From sequence record DRR378314_1864: a stretch of 20,000 bases of DNA, one strand, 5' to 3'. Below, in pieces: positions 9,391 through 18,998 of this stretch (position 1 is the stretch's first letter; every line of letters starts with the position of its first letter). The position numbers and the translations under genes are program-made. The notes beneath the pieces are model-generated. The model did no database searches, was not told the origin of the DNA, and saw nothing but the letters and a program-made list of their open reading frames with translations.

Positions 9391-9480
9391 TACAAATATC
9401 TGAAATTAAATAAATTTCTTTTTAACATAAGAAATAATAAATACGCACACCAATGCGTAGTTCTCAGAGGGAGACAATTC

Positions 9481-10878
9481 ATGTCAAAAAGTTTATTTTT
9501 TGCAGCTACTGTGCTTGCGGCAAGTCCGGTCATTGCCGCTCCTCAAGATAGTAATTCGGTTGAACAGGAAATTCAGGCATTAAAAGAACGTTTAGCTCAA
9601 TTGGAGAAACGGCTTGAAGAAAAAGAAGAAGTTGTTGTTGTAAAAGAACGAGAAGTAGAAAAAGGCAATGAAATTGCCAGTAACGAAAACAGTTCGAAGC
9701 GCAGAGTTGTCTATGACTCTGGAGTCCATGCACGTTTAGACGAGCTGGAAAAGAAAACGGAAGAGAATGAAAATTGGCCAATAAAGATTCATGGTGCTGT
9801 TCGTTTTCAGTATGAATACAATAATTATGACTCAGATAATGAAAACCGCGGTGGCGATTTGGATTTCGATATTTTCCGTCTGAATTTTGATGGAGAAATG
9901 GGAGGTGTCATCCTTTCTGCTGAATATCGTTGGTTTAATTATCAGGACGTTATTAAACACGCTTGGTTTGGTTATGACTTCACCGATAAACTGCAGGGGC
10001 AGGTTGGTGTTGTAAAAATCCCATTTGGCAACATGCCTTACAACTCCCACAGTTATTTCTTCAATAGTACTTTCTATGTTGGCCTGGAAGACGAACATGA
10101 TAACGGTATTCGGTTCAAATACCGTGGCGATGAGTGGGATTTTGATTTAGCTTACCTGAAATCAGATGAGCAGGGCGGTATTGACGGCTCAACATCTGAT
10201 CGTACAGCGCGCTATAACTATGACACCGTGGGTATTCGGTTACCAGGTCAGGGCGCTTATGACGAACCTGGTTTACCTGTAGGTGAGAGCAATAGTTATG
10301 CTTTCAGAACCGCACGTAAGTTTACCTTCAGCGATGATGAGAACTTAGAGCTTGGTGTGTCTTTGCAAGGCGGGAATTTGTATTCAGGAACGGCCGCTGA
10401 AGGCTTCACAGATGCACAGGCGTATGAGAATCAGAATGTTGGTAATCGTATGGCCTGGGCCGCTCATGGTGTCTACAATAACGGCCCCTGGAACGTACAG
10501 TTACAGTATTCAGACTATGACTACGATATAAAACTAGAAAACCGTGGTGTTTACATGGCTGCTTACGCTTATTACGACGCAATTCCTACTGAAGCGAAAC
10601 TGTATACAGCTAATGTTGCTTATACTTTGCCAGTAGATATTGGTCCCCTGACAAGCTTAACTTTCTATAATGACCACAGCTTAATGACCGATAAAATGGG
10701 TTATCAAGATGATACCTGGATGAACGTTCTAGGGGTTGCTGTTGCAGCCGGCGGCGGTTTTTATACTTATGTTGATTACGTAAGAGCAAAAAACCAACCA
10801 TTTATTGGTGGTAATACCGCAACTGATGGTGGCGAGGTCAATGACCGCTTTAACATTAACTTTGGTTACTATTTCTAA
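9481..10878 (+). CDS. Outer-membrane beta-barrel (porin-like) protein with N-terminal coiled coil; substrate unknown
   Basis: RBS GAGGGAG, signal peptide, and a heptad segment 'EIQALKERLAQLEKRLEE'. Many amphipathic aromatic-rich strands follow, ending in the C-terminal beta-signal 'FNINFGYYF'. Confidence 0.8.
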   Translation: MSKSLFFAATVLAASPVIAAPQDSNSVEQEIQALKERLAQLEKRLEEKEEVVVVKEREVEKGNEIASNENSSKRRVVYDSGVHARLDELEKKTEENENWPIKIHGAVRFQYEYNNYDSDNENRGGDLDFDIFRLNFDGEMGGVILSAEYRWFNYQDVIKHAWFGYDFTDKLQGQVGVVKIPFGNMPYNSHSYFFNSTFYVGLEDEHDNGIRFKYRGDEWDFDLAYLKSDEQGGIDGSTSDRTARYNYDTVGIRLPGQGAYDEPGLPVGESNSYAFRTARKFTFSDDENLELGVSLQGGNLYSGTAAEGFTDAQAYENQNVGNRMAWAAHGVYNNGPWNVQLQYSDYDYDIKLENRGVYMAAYAYYDAIPTEAKLYTANVAYTLPVDIGPLTSLTFYNDHSLMTDKMGYQDDTWMNVLGVAVAAGGGFYTYVDYVRAKNQPFIGGNTATDGGEVNDRFNINFGYYF

Positions 10879-10900
10879 AGCGATTTAAGTTTTTACTGCG

Positions 10901-10935
10901 AAAGACATGGAACCTTATGGTTCCATGTCTTTTTT
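10901..10935 (+). terminator. Terminator hairpin between the convergent OMP gene and mrpG
   Basis: Perfect 14-bp inverted repeat AAAGACATGGAACC-TTAT-GGTTCCATGTCTTT running into a T tract on the + strand. Confidence 0.75.
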
Positions 10936-11307
10936 ATTAGGCAATATATGCTCGTAAGAATCCCCTTCCTGACGAAAGTCTTTTGTTCGATTAAACATCT
11001 TCAGTTCTGTATGTAATGCGGCTTTAGCCATAATGTGGGCGCTGATAGGTGCCGTCAAAAACAGGAATATGGCAATCAGAAGTTCGTTCAGGTTAATCGA
11101 CCCTTGTACCGAAGTAATAAGAATAGAAGCTATGACTATGCCTCCAATGCCTATTGTGGTGTTTTTCGTGGGGGCGTGTAAACGAGTAAAAAAGTCGGGG
11201 AGTATTGCTAACCCCAAAGAGCCAATAAAGGCAAATATAGCGCCTAATAAGATAAAGAAGGCCGCTAGCCACTGTGACCATGCTGGTAATTGGTTCAATG
11301 CATCCAT
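10915..11307 (-). CDS. mrpG: Mrp/Pha cation/H+ antiporter subunit G
   Basis: 'GSLGLAILPDFFTRLHAPTK', 'FLFLTAPISAH'. Confidence 0.93.
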   Translation of the reverse strand: MDALNQLPAWSQWLAAFFILLGAIFAFIGSLGLAILPDFFTRLHAPTKNTTIGIGGIVIASILITSVQGSINLNELLIAIFLFLTAPISAHIMAKAALHTELKMFNRTKDFRQEGDSYEHILPNKKDMEP

Positions 11308-11320
11308 AAGGTTTTCCTTT

Positions 11321-11590
11321 TTATTCTATTAGGTCGCCACGCAGTAAAAATTTACCTGCCGCGATGGTACCGACAAAACCGAACATGGCAATGAGTAATG
11401 CTGCTTCAAAATAGGTTTGCGTGTTTTGGTACATACCCAGCAACAGCAGTAAAGCCAGCGAATTAATGTAAATTGTATCCAGAGCCAGTATTCTGTCCGG
11501 TAGATCGGGTCCTTTAATAAGGCGCCAGAAATTCATTAATACCGATAGACTGAATAACAAGAAGGCAATGTGTAGTACCGTCGTTAACAT
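11321..11590 (-). CDS. mrpF: Mrp/Pha antiporter subunit F
   Basis: 'RLIKGPDLPDRILALDT', 'FEAALLIAMFGFVGT'. Confidence 0.93.
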   Translation of the reverse strand: MLTTVLHIAFLLFSLSVLMNFWRLIKGPDLPDRILALDTIYINSLALLLLLGMYQNTQTYFEAALLIAMFGFVGTIAAGKFLLRGDLIE

Positions 11591-12072
11591 TGGAATATCT
11601 CCTTCAGGCGACGCTCATAACGGTTTCGAATCGTTTTTATGACTTCTTCCGGGCTTTCTTCTGAGAATGCGTGAATAAGAATGCCTTTGCGTCCACGAGT
11701 AATTTCGCAGGATACCGTTCCCGGCGTCAGTGTTATGGTACTTGCAAGAAGAGTAACCGGAAGCTCCTCTTTCATATCCAGTGGAAAAACAAACAGCGCG
11801 GGTTTTATCGAGCGAGGTTTCCCAAGAATCATACCGGCAACCTTAAAGTTAGCCACGACAATGTCATTCAACAGAATGAAAAAATAGACGACAGCCAGGT
11901 CGGGGCGCTTAACTTTTGCAAAATTAGGCCAGGCGTCACGGAATAAAAATGGAATAAACCAGGAAAATAAAGCGCCCAGTATGATCACCCCGGGCGAAAC
12001 TGAGTTAAATAATAGAACCCATAGCGTCAATAAGAAAAAAGATAACAAAGGTGTCGGAAATAGCTTTTTCAT
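11584..12072 (-). CDS. mrpE: Mrp/Pha antiporter subunit E
   Basis: 'DIVVAN', 'LASTITLTPGTVS', 'IRNRYERRLKEIF'. Confidence 0.93.
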   Translation of the reverse strand: MKKLFPTPLLSFFLLTLWVLLFNSVSPGVIILGALFSWFIPFLFRDAWPNFAKVKRPDLAVVYFFILLNDIVVANFKVAGMILGKPRSIKPALFVFPLDMKEELPVTLLASTITLTPGTVSCEITRGRKGILIHAFSEESPEEVIKTIRNRYERRLKEIFQC

Positions 12073-12077
12073 AGTAA

Positions 12078-13592
12078 TTATTCCACTCCTTTTGTCAGCA
12101 CGCGGGATGGGTACTGGTCTATGTCGTAAAGCTGTTCAGCGACATCATCGGTATAGTCGCGTATTGGGCTGGCAAATAACGTCATAACAACCGATAACGA
12201 CAGAAGCATAACAACAGCAGCTCTTTTTCCTAAAGGAGCGGATTGTTCATTCGCTTTACCCGACAGTGTGTGCCAGAGCATTTTACTTCCCGCCCGGGTG
12301 ACTGAAATTAGCATAATCAGAGTTGCGCCTAACATAGCTCCCCACAGCCAAAAACTGGCCCCGGTTGGGCTTGCCGATTCCATAATCATAAGTTTTCCGA
12401 CAAAACCTGACAGAGGTGGTAAACCAATTATTGCTATTGCAGCAATTAAAAACATGACTGAATAAGCAGAGTGATTGGCCATTTTCTTGCCCGATACGAT
12501 GCGTGATGCGGTTTTACCACGTTCGAACGCAATAAGGTCGGCCAGTAAAAATAATGCGCCAGTGATAAAGGTTGAGTGGATTAAATAAAACAGCATGGCT
12601 CCGGTTGTCGCAATTCCATTCAAGCTGTAGGTTGCGATAAGTGTGCCAATTGAAATGACGACTAAATAAGCCACAAGCAAGCGCAAGTCGCGAGCCCCGA
12701 TAATTCCGATAGCGCCGGCTAGCATGGTAACGAGACCCATAACCCAAAGCCAGTCATGTGCAATGAGTGCAAGCTCATTAGCTTCAGGACCGAAAATGAG
12801 TGTGTAGACCCGAACTATGGCGTAAACCCCAACTTTTGTCATTATTGCGAATAGAGCGGCAACAACTCCGGTTGTTGTGGAATAGGCCTGAGGCAGCCAG
12901 AAGTGCAACGGCAGGATAGCGGCTTTAATGCCGAATACTATCAATAGCATCATACCACCGGCTTTAGCTAAGGCGGCCTGGTCTCCGCTTAACTGTTGAA
13001 CTTGGGTAGCAAGGTCAGCCATATTCAAAGTGCCTGTAACACCATATAGAGTACCGACACTAATTAGGAAAAGTGCTGAACCTAAAAGGTTGAGTAATAC
13101 GTAGTGTAAGGTTGTGCGTAGGCGAAATTTTCCTCCACCGTGCATTAATAGTGCGTAGGAGGAAATCAGAAGAACTTCGAAGAAGACGAATAAGTTGAAA
13201 ATATCGCCGGTAGCAAAAGCCCCCATAATACCCATTATCTGAAACTGAAATAATGCCTGAAAGTGTGAGCCAAGATTATCTTCGGCATAACAACCGTAGA
13301 TGAGCACTGGTAATGCCAATATTGCCGTTACCAGCATCATCAGAGCACTAAGCTTGTCCACCATCAGGACAATTCCAAATGGCGCAGACCAATTGCCTAA
13401 GGCATAAACAATCATCTGATCCTGATTAACCTGAACGAGCAGGGCAATAGTCAGTATTAAAGTTAATATACTGGACAGCAGGCCTATGGCTCTGCGTTTT
13501 GGCTGAGGTCTGTCTCCCCAGGGAAGAAGCTGTAGCAGCGCCGCCAGTAACGGCACCAAAATAGGAAGTATCGCCAAATGTTGTTGCCACAT
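12078..13592 (-). CDS. mrpD: Mrp/Pha antiporter subunit D
   Basis: 'GNWSAPFGIVL', 'TGDIFNLFVFFEVLL', 'PLHFWLPQAY', 'GLPPLSGFVGK' (NuoM/N-like). Confidence 0.95.
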   Translation of the reverse strand: MWQQHLAILPILVPLLAALLQLLPWGDRPQPKRRAIGLLSSILTLILTIALLVQVNQDQMIVYALGNWSAPFGIVLMVDKLSALMMLVTAILALPVLIYGCYAEDNLGSHFQALFQFQIMGIMGAFATGDIFNLFVFFEVLLISSYALLMHGGGKFRLRTTLHYVLLNLLGSALFLISVGTLYGVTGTLNMADLATQVQQLSGDQAALAKAGGMMLLIVFGIKAAILPLHFWLPQAYSTTTGVVAALFAIMTKVGVYAIVRVYTLIFGPEANELALIAHDWLWVMGLVTMLAGAIGIIGARDLRLLVAYLVVISIGTLIATYSLNGIATTGAMLFYLIHSTFITGALFLLADLIAFERGKTASRIVSGKKMANHSAYSVMFLIAAIAIIGLPPLSGFVGKLMIMESASPTGASFWLWGAMLGATLIMLISVTRAGSKMLWHTLSGKANEQSAPLGKRAAVVMLLSLSVVMTLFASPIRDYTDDVAEQLYDIDQYPSRVLTKGVE

Positions 13593-13933
13593 TAGCGGTT
13601 GCCCTCCGTGCTGTTATCTTGTTGGTTAACTTCATCCGTCCCTATCTCGCCTCGGGCGCGCACAGCCAGAATAATTGAATACGCTGTCATGGCGAAGCCG
13701 ATAACGATAGCGGTGAGAACTAGTGCCTGAGGTAAAGGGTCGGCATAGGTTTCCTGCGTGCCATAAATTGGTGCGCCGTCTATTGTCAGACGACCGGTTG
13801 AAAATAGAAATAAGTTAACGGCATAAGACAGCATGGTAATGCCGACGACCACAGGAAATGAACGGCCGCGCAGAATTAGAAAAACACTGCATGCGGTTAA
13901 AATACCAACGGTAACTGAGTATAAAGTTTCCAT
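13592..13933 (-). CDS. mrpC: Mrp/Pha antiporter subunit C
   Basis: 'YAVNLFLF', 'ADPLPQALVLTAIVIGFA'. Confidence 0.95.
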   Translation of the reverse strand: METLYSVTVGILTACSVFLILRGRSFPVVVGITMLSYAVNLFLFSTGRLTIDGAPIYGTQETYADPLPQALVLTAIVIGFAMTAYSIILAVRARGEIGTDEVNQQDNSTEGNR

Positions 13934-16722
13934 TAATGACCCTCATGCGTTGGGCGATGACGTGTCGTCATCTTCCCGAAGTTACTTAAAATCATCATAG
14001 TAGCGCCAACAACCGTTAGGAAAACGCCAAGATCGAAGAGTAAAGCCGTTGCAAATTCAAATTTACCAACCACTGGCCAGTTTAAATAGGTAAACCAGGA
14101 AGTCAGGAAAGGCTTGCCAAACAGCCAGCTACCAAGCCCGGTAAGCGCGGCAATCAAAACGCCAAATGACATTAGAGATTGATAATTAACGCTAAAGCGT
14201 TCTTTCATCCAGTCGACACCATTGGCAATGTATTGCAGGATCATCGCCGAGGCGACTATCAGGCCTGCGATGAAACCACCACCCGGTAAGTTGTGGCCTC
14301 TTAGGAATATGTAGGCAGCAACTACCATCGCCATGGGTAAAATAATGTTGGCAACAGTTGTTAACATCAACGGGTGTCTAATTCTATGCCAGGGGCGTCC
14401 GTCAATATCACTGGAAGGCATAAATGGTTTTAGCTTATTAAGCAGCTTATGAATACCTGCGGCAGCTATTGCCAGAACGGTAATTTCTCCTAATGTATCG
14501 AAACCACGAAAGTCCACCAGAATGACGTTTACTACGTTGGTTCCACCACCACCGGATTTTGCATTCGCAAGGAAAAAGTCCGAGATGCTTTCAAACGGTG
14601 AGGTCAGTATTGCGAAATTTAAGGTAGCGACAATACCACCAATAAAGCTGGCAATGATTATGTCACGAAAAACTCGGTGGCCAGAAGAGGCCCGACTGGT
14701 TTTTTGTGGCATAAAGAACAACGCCAGTATCATTAAGATAATACTGACCACTTCGACAACCAACTGAGTCATGGCAAGATCCGGGGCCGAAAAGTGCGCG
14801 AAAGCTAACGACACAACCAGTCCAACCACGGATAGCATCATCAACATCACAAAACGATTACGATGTAATGTAGCGGTGGCAAATGCTGCGGATATCAGGA
14901 CGATAGCACCAACCATGCTCACCATATCAACAGGCAACTGAGGTTTGCCACCAGTTACCACGCTTAGGTCGCTTAACGAAGGAAGCAACACGACAATAAC
15001 GCTGATAAGAACAAAAGCAATGTAGCGCTGCAAGGAACCTGTGTCTAAGCGGTCGTAAAAATTTGCTGCTGCATCAGAGGCTTTTTGCACGAGGCGTTCA
15101 AAATTGTGTTTAGCGTCCTGCCCGTCAAATTGGCGATTAAATGTAAACAGTTGATCGCGGGAAAGGTATATCAGAATACCGCCAACCACTGCCACTGCGC
15201 TCATTAACAGAGGCATGTTAAAGCCGTGCCAAAGCGATAGTTTTACTTCAACAGGAGAGCCGGTAACAGCGGCGGCGGCCTGATCGAGTATACCGGAGAC
15301 CATAGTCATTGGTGCGACGCCGATAGCGATACAAAGGAACCCTAACACAGCAACCGGTGCAGACATCATGCGAGGAGGATCATGTGGTTTTTTGGGCAGT
15401 TCTTTATAGTCGCCGTTAAAGAAAACATCGTGAATAAAGCGAATAGAGTAAGCCACCGACAGCATGGCTCCCACAGTCGCCAAAATAGGAATAAACCATG
15501 ACAGCCCACCGAATAAATGTTGCTGCAGAGCTTGATCCAGGAATAGCTCTTTAGACATAAACCCGTTAAACGGTGGTATTCCTGCCATTGAGGCCGCTAC
15601 AATCATGGCAAGAGTAGCCGTTATAGGCATCAGGCTCATAAGCCCTTGCAGTTTACGCATATCACGAGTACCGGACTCATGGTCAATAATGCCTGCTGTC
15701 ATAAACAGCGCGGCTTTAAATAGAGCATGGTTAATAATGTGAAATAGCGCCGCTATCACAGCCGCCTGGGTGCCTATCCCCAGTAACATACAAATGAGAC
15801 CCAGATGGCTTACCGTAGAGAAAGCCAGCAAACCTTTAAGGTCGTGCTTTAACAGAGCAAAGTAAGCACCGACTAACATGGTAATTAAACCGGTTAATGT
15901 AACCAGGGTAAACCACAGTTCAGTCTCGGCTAATACCGGATGAAAACGTGCTAATAGAAAGATACCGGCTTTTACCATGGTCGCAGAGTGTAAGTACGCA
16001 CTTACGGGAGTTGGCGCCGCCATGGCATGTGGTAGCCAAAATTGAAATGGAAACTGGGCTGACTTAGTAAAGGCTCCTAATAAAACGAGTATTAAAGCGG
16101 GTACATAGTAAGCGTGCGCTTTTATCTGGTCTGCTGCGGCGAATACAGTATCCAGTTGATAGCCACCGGCTATGTGCCCAATTATTAGTAATCCGGCTAA
16201 CAGTGCCAGACCTCCGGCGCCGGTGGTTGCCAATGCCATGCGAGCACCGCGACGTGCATCACTGCTATGGAACCAATAACCAATAAGTAAAAAGGAAGAG
16301 ATGCTGGTCAGTTCCCAGAAAACCCACATTAGTAATATATTATCTGCCATAACGATGCCCAGCATCGATGACATAAATAACAGCAGGCAGGCATAAAAAC
16401 GGGATTCATCGTCGTCGCTGCTTAAATAGTAGTGAGCATAGCCAATAATCAGTACGCCTATGCCTAATATGAGCCCCACGAAAAGAAGTGACAAGCCGTC
16501 CAGACGCACGGCAAAATCAAGCCCTATACCCGGTAGCCATTCCACCATTTGCTTAGGTACTTCACCGGCAAGTGTAGCGGGTACGTACTGAAACAAAACA
16601 ATTAAGCAGAAAATAGGAACAAGTAGTGTAATCCCAGTCTTTGTCGGTCGCGACGCTTGCTTAAATAATAGCGGTAAGAGCGCACCAAAGAATGGGGCAA
16701 AAATAATGAATAGCAGATTCAT
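13933..16722 (-). CDS. mrpA: Mrp/Pha antiporter fused subunit A/B (group 2 MrpA)
   Basis: '[16 protein letters not shown]', '[36 protein letters not shown]', '[19 protein letters not shown]', and a C-terminal MrpB domain '[14 protein letters not shown]'; 929 aa. Confidence 0.96.
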   Translation of the reverse strand: MNLLFIIFAPFFGALLPLLFKQASRPTKTGITLLVPIFCLIVLFQYVPATLAGEVPKQMVEWLPGIGLDFAVRLDGLSLLFVGLILGIGVLIIGYAHYYLSSDDDESRFYACLLLFMSSMLGIVMADNILLMWVFWELTSISSFLLIGYWFHSSDARRGARMALATTGAGGLALLAGLLIIGHIAGGYQLDTVFAAADQIKAHAYYVPALILVLLGAFTKSAQFPFQFWLPHAMAAPTPVSAYLHSATMVKAGIFLLARFHPVLAETELWFTLVTLTGLITMLVGAYFALLKHDLKGLLAFSTVSHLGLICMLLGIGTQAAVIAALFHIINHALFKAALFMTAGIIDHESGTRDMRKLQGLMSLMPITATLAMIVAASMAGIPPFNGFMSKELFLDQALQQHLFGGLSWFIPILATVGAMLSVAYSIRFIHDVFFNGDYKELPKKPHDPPRMMSAPVAVLGFLCIAIGVAPMTMVSGILDQAAAAVTGSPVEVKLSLWHGFNMPLLMSAVAVVGGILIYLSRDQLFTFNRQFDGQDAKHNFERLVQKASDAAANFYDRLDTGSLQRYIAFVLISVIVVLLPSLSDLSVVTGGKPQLPVDMVSMVGAIVLISAAFATATLHRNRFVMLMMLSVVGLVVSLAFAHFSAPDLAMTQLVVEVVSIILMILALFFMPQKTSRASSGHRVFRDIIIASFIGGIVATLNFAILTSPFESISDFFLANAKSGGGGTNVVNVILVDFRGFDTLGEITVLAIAAAGIHKLLNKLKPFMPSSDIDGRPWHRIRHPLMLTTVANIILPMAMVVAAYIFLRGHNLPGGGFIAGLIVASAMILQYIANGVDWMKERFSVNYQSLMSFGVLIAALTGLGSWLFGKPFLTSWFTYLNWPVVGKFEFATALLFDLGVFLTVVGATMMILSNFGKMTTRHRPTHEGH

Positions 16723-16792
16723 ACCATAGAAGTCCCAAGTCAGCCTGTGCTCTTATAATAAGGTATAATTAACTGAGCAACGTAAAGTATTG

Positions 16793-16821
16793 AATTTACC
16801 ATTGGTTCTGCTGCAATCCAA
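16793..16821 (-). promoter_or_regulatory. Candidate sigma70 promoter of the mrp operon
   Basis: On the minus strand: TTGGAT, 17 bp, TAAATT with extended -10 TG (TGGTAAATT), about 70 bp upstream of the mrpA start. Confidence 0.4.
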
Positions 16822-16882
16822 CTAAACTAAACCCTTAAGATAGTGAATTCATCTTACGCCTACGAAATTTTCTGAGATTACC

Positions 16883-16912
16883 CTACCACTTACAAATTTT
16901 ATCTGTTACACT
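16883..16912 (+). promoter_or_regulatory. spc operon promoter
   Basis: CTACCA, 18 bp, extended -10 TGnTACACT, then GC-rich discriminator TCGCGACCC. This mirrors the E. coli Pspc architecture (CTACCC...TGnTATAAT). Confidence 0.7.
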
Positions 16913-16994
16913 TCGCGACCCTTTTTATAAGGGAAAAACCAAAGGCAGCACGACCCGAGAGGGTCTGTTTTTTTAACCTAAGCGGGGCACTGAA

Positions 16995-17363
16995 ATGATC
17001 CAAATGCAAACTACCCTGGACGTTGCCGATAACTCCGGCGCGCGCAGCGTACAATGTATTAAGGTTCTAGGTGGTTCGCACCGTCGCTACGCAAACATCG
17101 GCGATATCATCAAAGTTACTGTCAAGGAAGCAATTCCGCGCGGTAAGGTGAAGAAAGGCGATGTAGTGAATGCGGTGGTCGTTCGCACCAGAAAAGGCGT
17201 CCGTCGACAAGACGGGTCGGTCATCCGTTTTGACCGCAACGCGGCTGTGTTGTTGAATAACAACCAACAGCCCATTGGCACACGTATTTTCGGGCCGGTA
17301 ACTCGTGAACTGCGTTCAGAGCAGTTTATGAAGATTATCTCGCTGGCACCAGAAGTACTATAA
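16995..17363 (+). CDS. rplN: 50S ribosomal protein L14
   Basis: '[16 protein letters not shown]', '[13 protein letters not shown]'. Confidence 0.99.
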   Translation: MIQMQTTLDVADNSGARSVQCIKVLGGSHRRYANIGDIIKVTVKEAIPRGKVKKGDVVNAVVVRTRKGVRRQDGSVIRFDRNAAVLLNNNQQPIGTRIFGPVTRELRSEQFMKIISLAPEVL

Positions 17364-17373
17364 GGAGTCAATT

Positions 17374-17688
17374 ATGGCGGCAAAAATTAAACGTGATGAC
17401 GAAGTAGTCGTCCTGGCAGGTAAGGACAAGGGCAAGCAAGGCAAAGTCCTGAAAGTTCTTACCGATAAAGATCGCGTGATCGTGGAAGGCGTCAACGTAG
17501 TCAAGAAACATCAGAAGCCAAATCCGGCTTTAGGTGAATCAGGTGGCATCGTTGAACAAGAAGCAGCAATCCACATTTCGAACGTAGCGATCCTTAACCC
17601 AGAGACAGGTAAAGCAGATCGTGTTGGATTTCGTCTTGAAGATGGCAAGAAAGTTCGCTTCTTCAAATCGAACAACGCAATCATTTAA
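17374..17688 (+). CDS. rplX: 50S ribosomal protein L24
   Basis: '[20 protein letters not shown]' (KOW motif). Confidence 0.99.
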   Translation: MAAKIKRDDEVVVLAGKDKGKQGKVLKVLTDKDRVIVEGVNVVKKHQKPNPALGESGGIVEQEAAIHISNVAILNPETGKADRVGFRLEDGKKVRFFKSNNAII

Positions 17689-17704
17689 TTCAAACTTGGA
17701 GTTT

Positions 17705-17798
17705 TACGATGGCGAAACTGCATGATTTTTACAGAGAATCGGTAGTTCCTGAGCTTATGAAAGAGTTCAGCTACAACAGCGTCATGCAAGTCCCTCGG
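17705..17798 (+). promoter_or_regulatory. S8 translational operator of spc mRNA (start of rplE)
   Basis: CGATGGCGAAACTGCATGA...GTCATGCAAGTCCCTCG, complementary segments matching the E. coli S8-binding hairpin at the rplE start. Confidence 0.65.
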
Positions 17799-18248
17799 AT
17801 TGATAAAATCACCCTTAACATGGGTGTTGGTGAAGCTCTGGCTGACAAAAAAGTACTTGATAACGCAGTGGCTGACCTAGAGGCTATCTCTGGTCAAAAG
17901 CCAATTCGTACTGTGGCACGCAAGTCTGTCGCCGGTTTCAAAGTCCGTGAAGGCTTCCCGATTGGCTGTAAAGTAACTCTGCGCGGCGAGCGCATGTGGG
18001 ACTTTTTGCAACGCTTAATTTCGATTGCAATCCCACGTATCCGTGACTTCCGTGGCCTGAACCCTAAATCGTTCGATGGTCGTGGTAATTACAGCATGGG
18101 TGTTCGTGAGCAGATCATCTTTCCGGAGGTCGACTATGACAAAGTCGACAAGGTACGTGGTCTGGATATCACCATTACCACAAATGCTGGCACAGATGAC
18201 GAAGCTCGTGCTTTGCTAGCTGCCTTTAACTTCCCGTTCAGAAAGTAA
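17709..18248 (+). CDS. rplE: 50S ribosomal protein L5
   Basis: '[11 protein letters not shown]', 'PRIRDFRGL', '[10 protein letters not shown]'. Confidence 0.99.
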   Translation: MAKLHDFYRESVVPELMKEFSYNSVMQVPRIDKITLNMGVGEALADKKVLDNAVADLEAISGQKPIRTVARKSVAGFKVREGFPIGCKVTLRGERMWDFLQRLISIAIPRIRDFRGLNPKSFDGRGNYSMGVREQIIFPEVDYDKVDKVRGLDITITTNAGTDDEARALLAAFNFPFRK

Positions 18249-18259
18249 GGTGTAGAGTT

Positions 18260-18565
18260 ATGGCAAAACAGTCAATGAAAGCGCGTGACGTGAAGCGAGC
18301 TAAAATCGCTTCAAAATACGCAGAAAAACGCAACGCACTGAAAACGGTCATTAATGACCCTAAAGCATCAGACGAAGAGCGTTGGGAAGCCGTACTTAAG
18401 TTGCAACAGCTCCCACGTGATGCCAGTCCGACGCGTCAACGTAACCGTTGTCGTATAACTGGTCGTCCTCATGGTTTCCTTCGTAAATTCGGCATGAGCC
18501 GAATCAAGGTCCGTGAGATGGCGATGCGCGGTGAAATTCCTGGCTTGAAAAAAGCTAGCTGGTAA
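18260..18565 (+). CDS. rpsN: 30S ribosomal protein S14 (long, non-zinc-ribbon form)
   Basis: '[25 protein letters not shown]', '[11 protein letters not shown]'. Confidence 0.99.
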   Translation: MAKQSMKARDVKRAKIASKYAEKRNALKTVINDPKASDEERWEAVLKLQQLPRDASPTRQRNRCRITGRPHGFLRKFGMSRIKVREMAMRGEIPGLKKASW

Positions 18566-18591
18566 GCCACGAATCACGGGAGAAAGCAAAT

Positions 18592-18984
18592 ATGAGCATG
18601 CAAGATCCAATTGCGGATATGTTCACACGCATTCGCAACGCTCAAGGTGCTAACAAAGTAACGGTTAAAATGCCGTCTTCTAAGCAGAAAGTGGCGATTG
18701 CTCAAGTTCTGAAAGAAGAAGGTTTTATTACTGGTTACAGTGCCGAGAGTACTGTTAAACCTGAGCTTGAAGTCGAATTGAAATATTTCGAAGGCAAGCC
18801 AGTAATTGAAACAATCGAGCGCGTTAGTCGGCCTGGTCTGCGTATCTATAAGAAACGCAACGAGTTGCCTAACGTAATGGGTGGCCTTGGCATCGCAGTA
18901 GTTTCGACGTCTAAAGGCCTGATGACTGATCGTGCCGCTCGCCAAGCTGGTCTTGGTGGCGAAATTATCGGTTACGTAGCGTAA
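18592..18984 (+). CDS. rpsH: 30S ribosomal protein S8
   Basis: '[16 protein letters not shown]', '[10 protein letters not shown]'. Confidence 0.99.
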   Translation: MSMQDPIADMFTRIRNAQGANKVTVKMPSSKQKVAIAQVLKEEGFITGYSAESTVKPELEVELKYFEGKPVIETIERVSRPGLRIYKKRNELPNVMGGLGIAVVSTSKGLMTDRAARQAGLGGEIIGYVA

Positions 18985-18998
18985 TTAGGAGGTAGGAA

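Noticed and set aside
9530-14767. Shadow ORFs over the OMP and mrp genes
   Set aside because: They are fully nested in confident genes and have no independent support.
13933-16722. Apparent absence of mrpB
   Set aside because: The MrpB domain is fused to MrpA, which is the standard group-2 Mrp arrangement.
18260-18565. S14 lacking the zinc-ribbon cysteines, near zur
   Set aside because: The long zinc-independent S14 in the spc operon is the normal gammaproteobacterial form, not a Zur-regulated paralogue.
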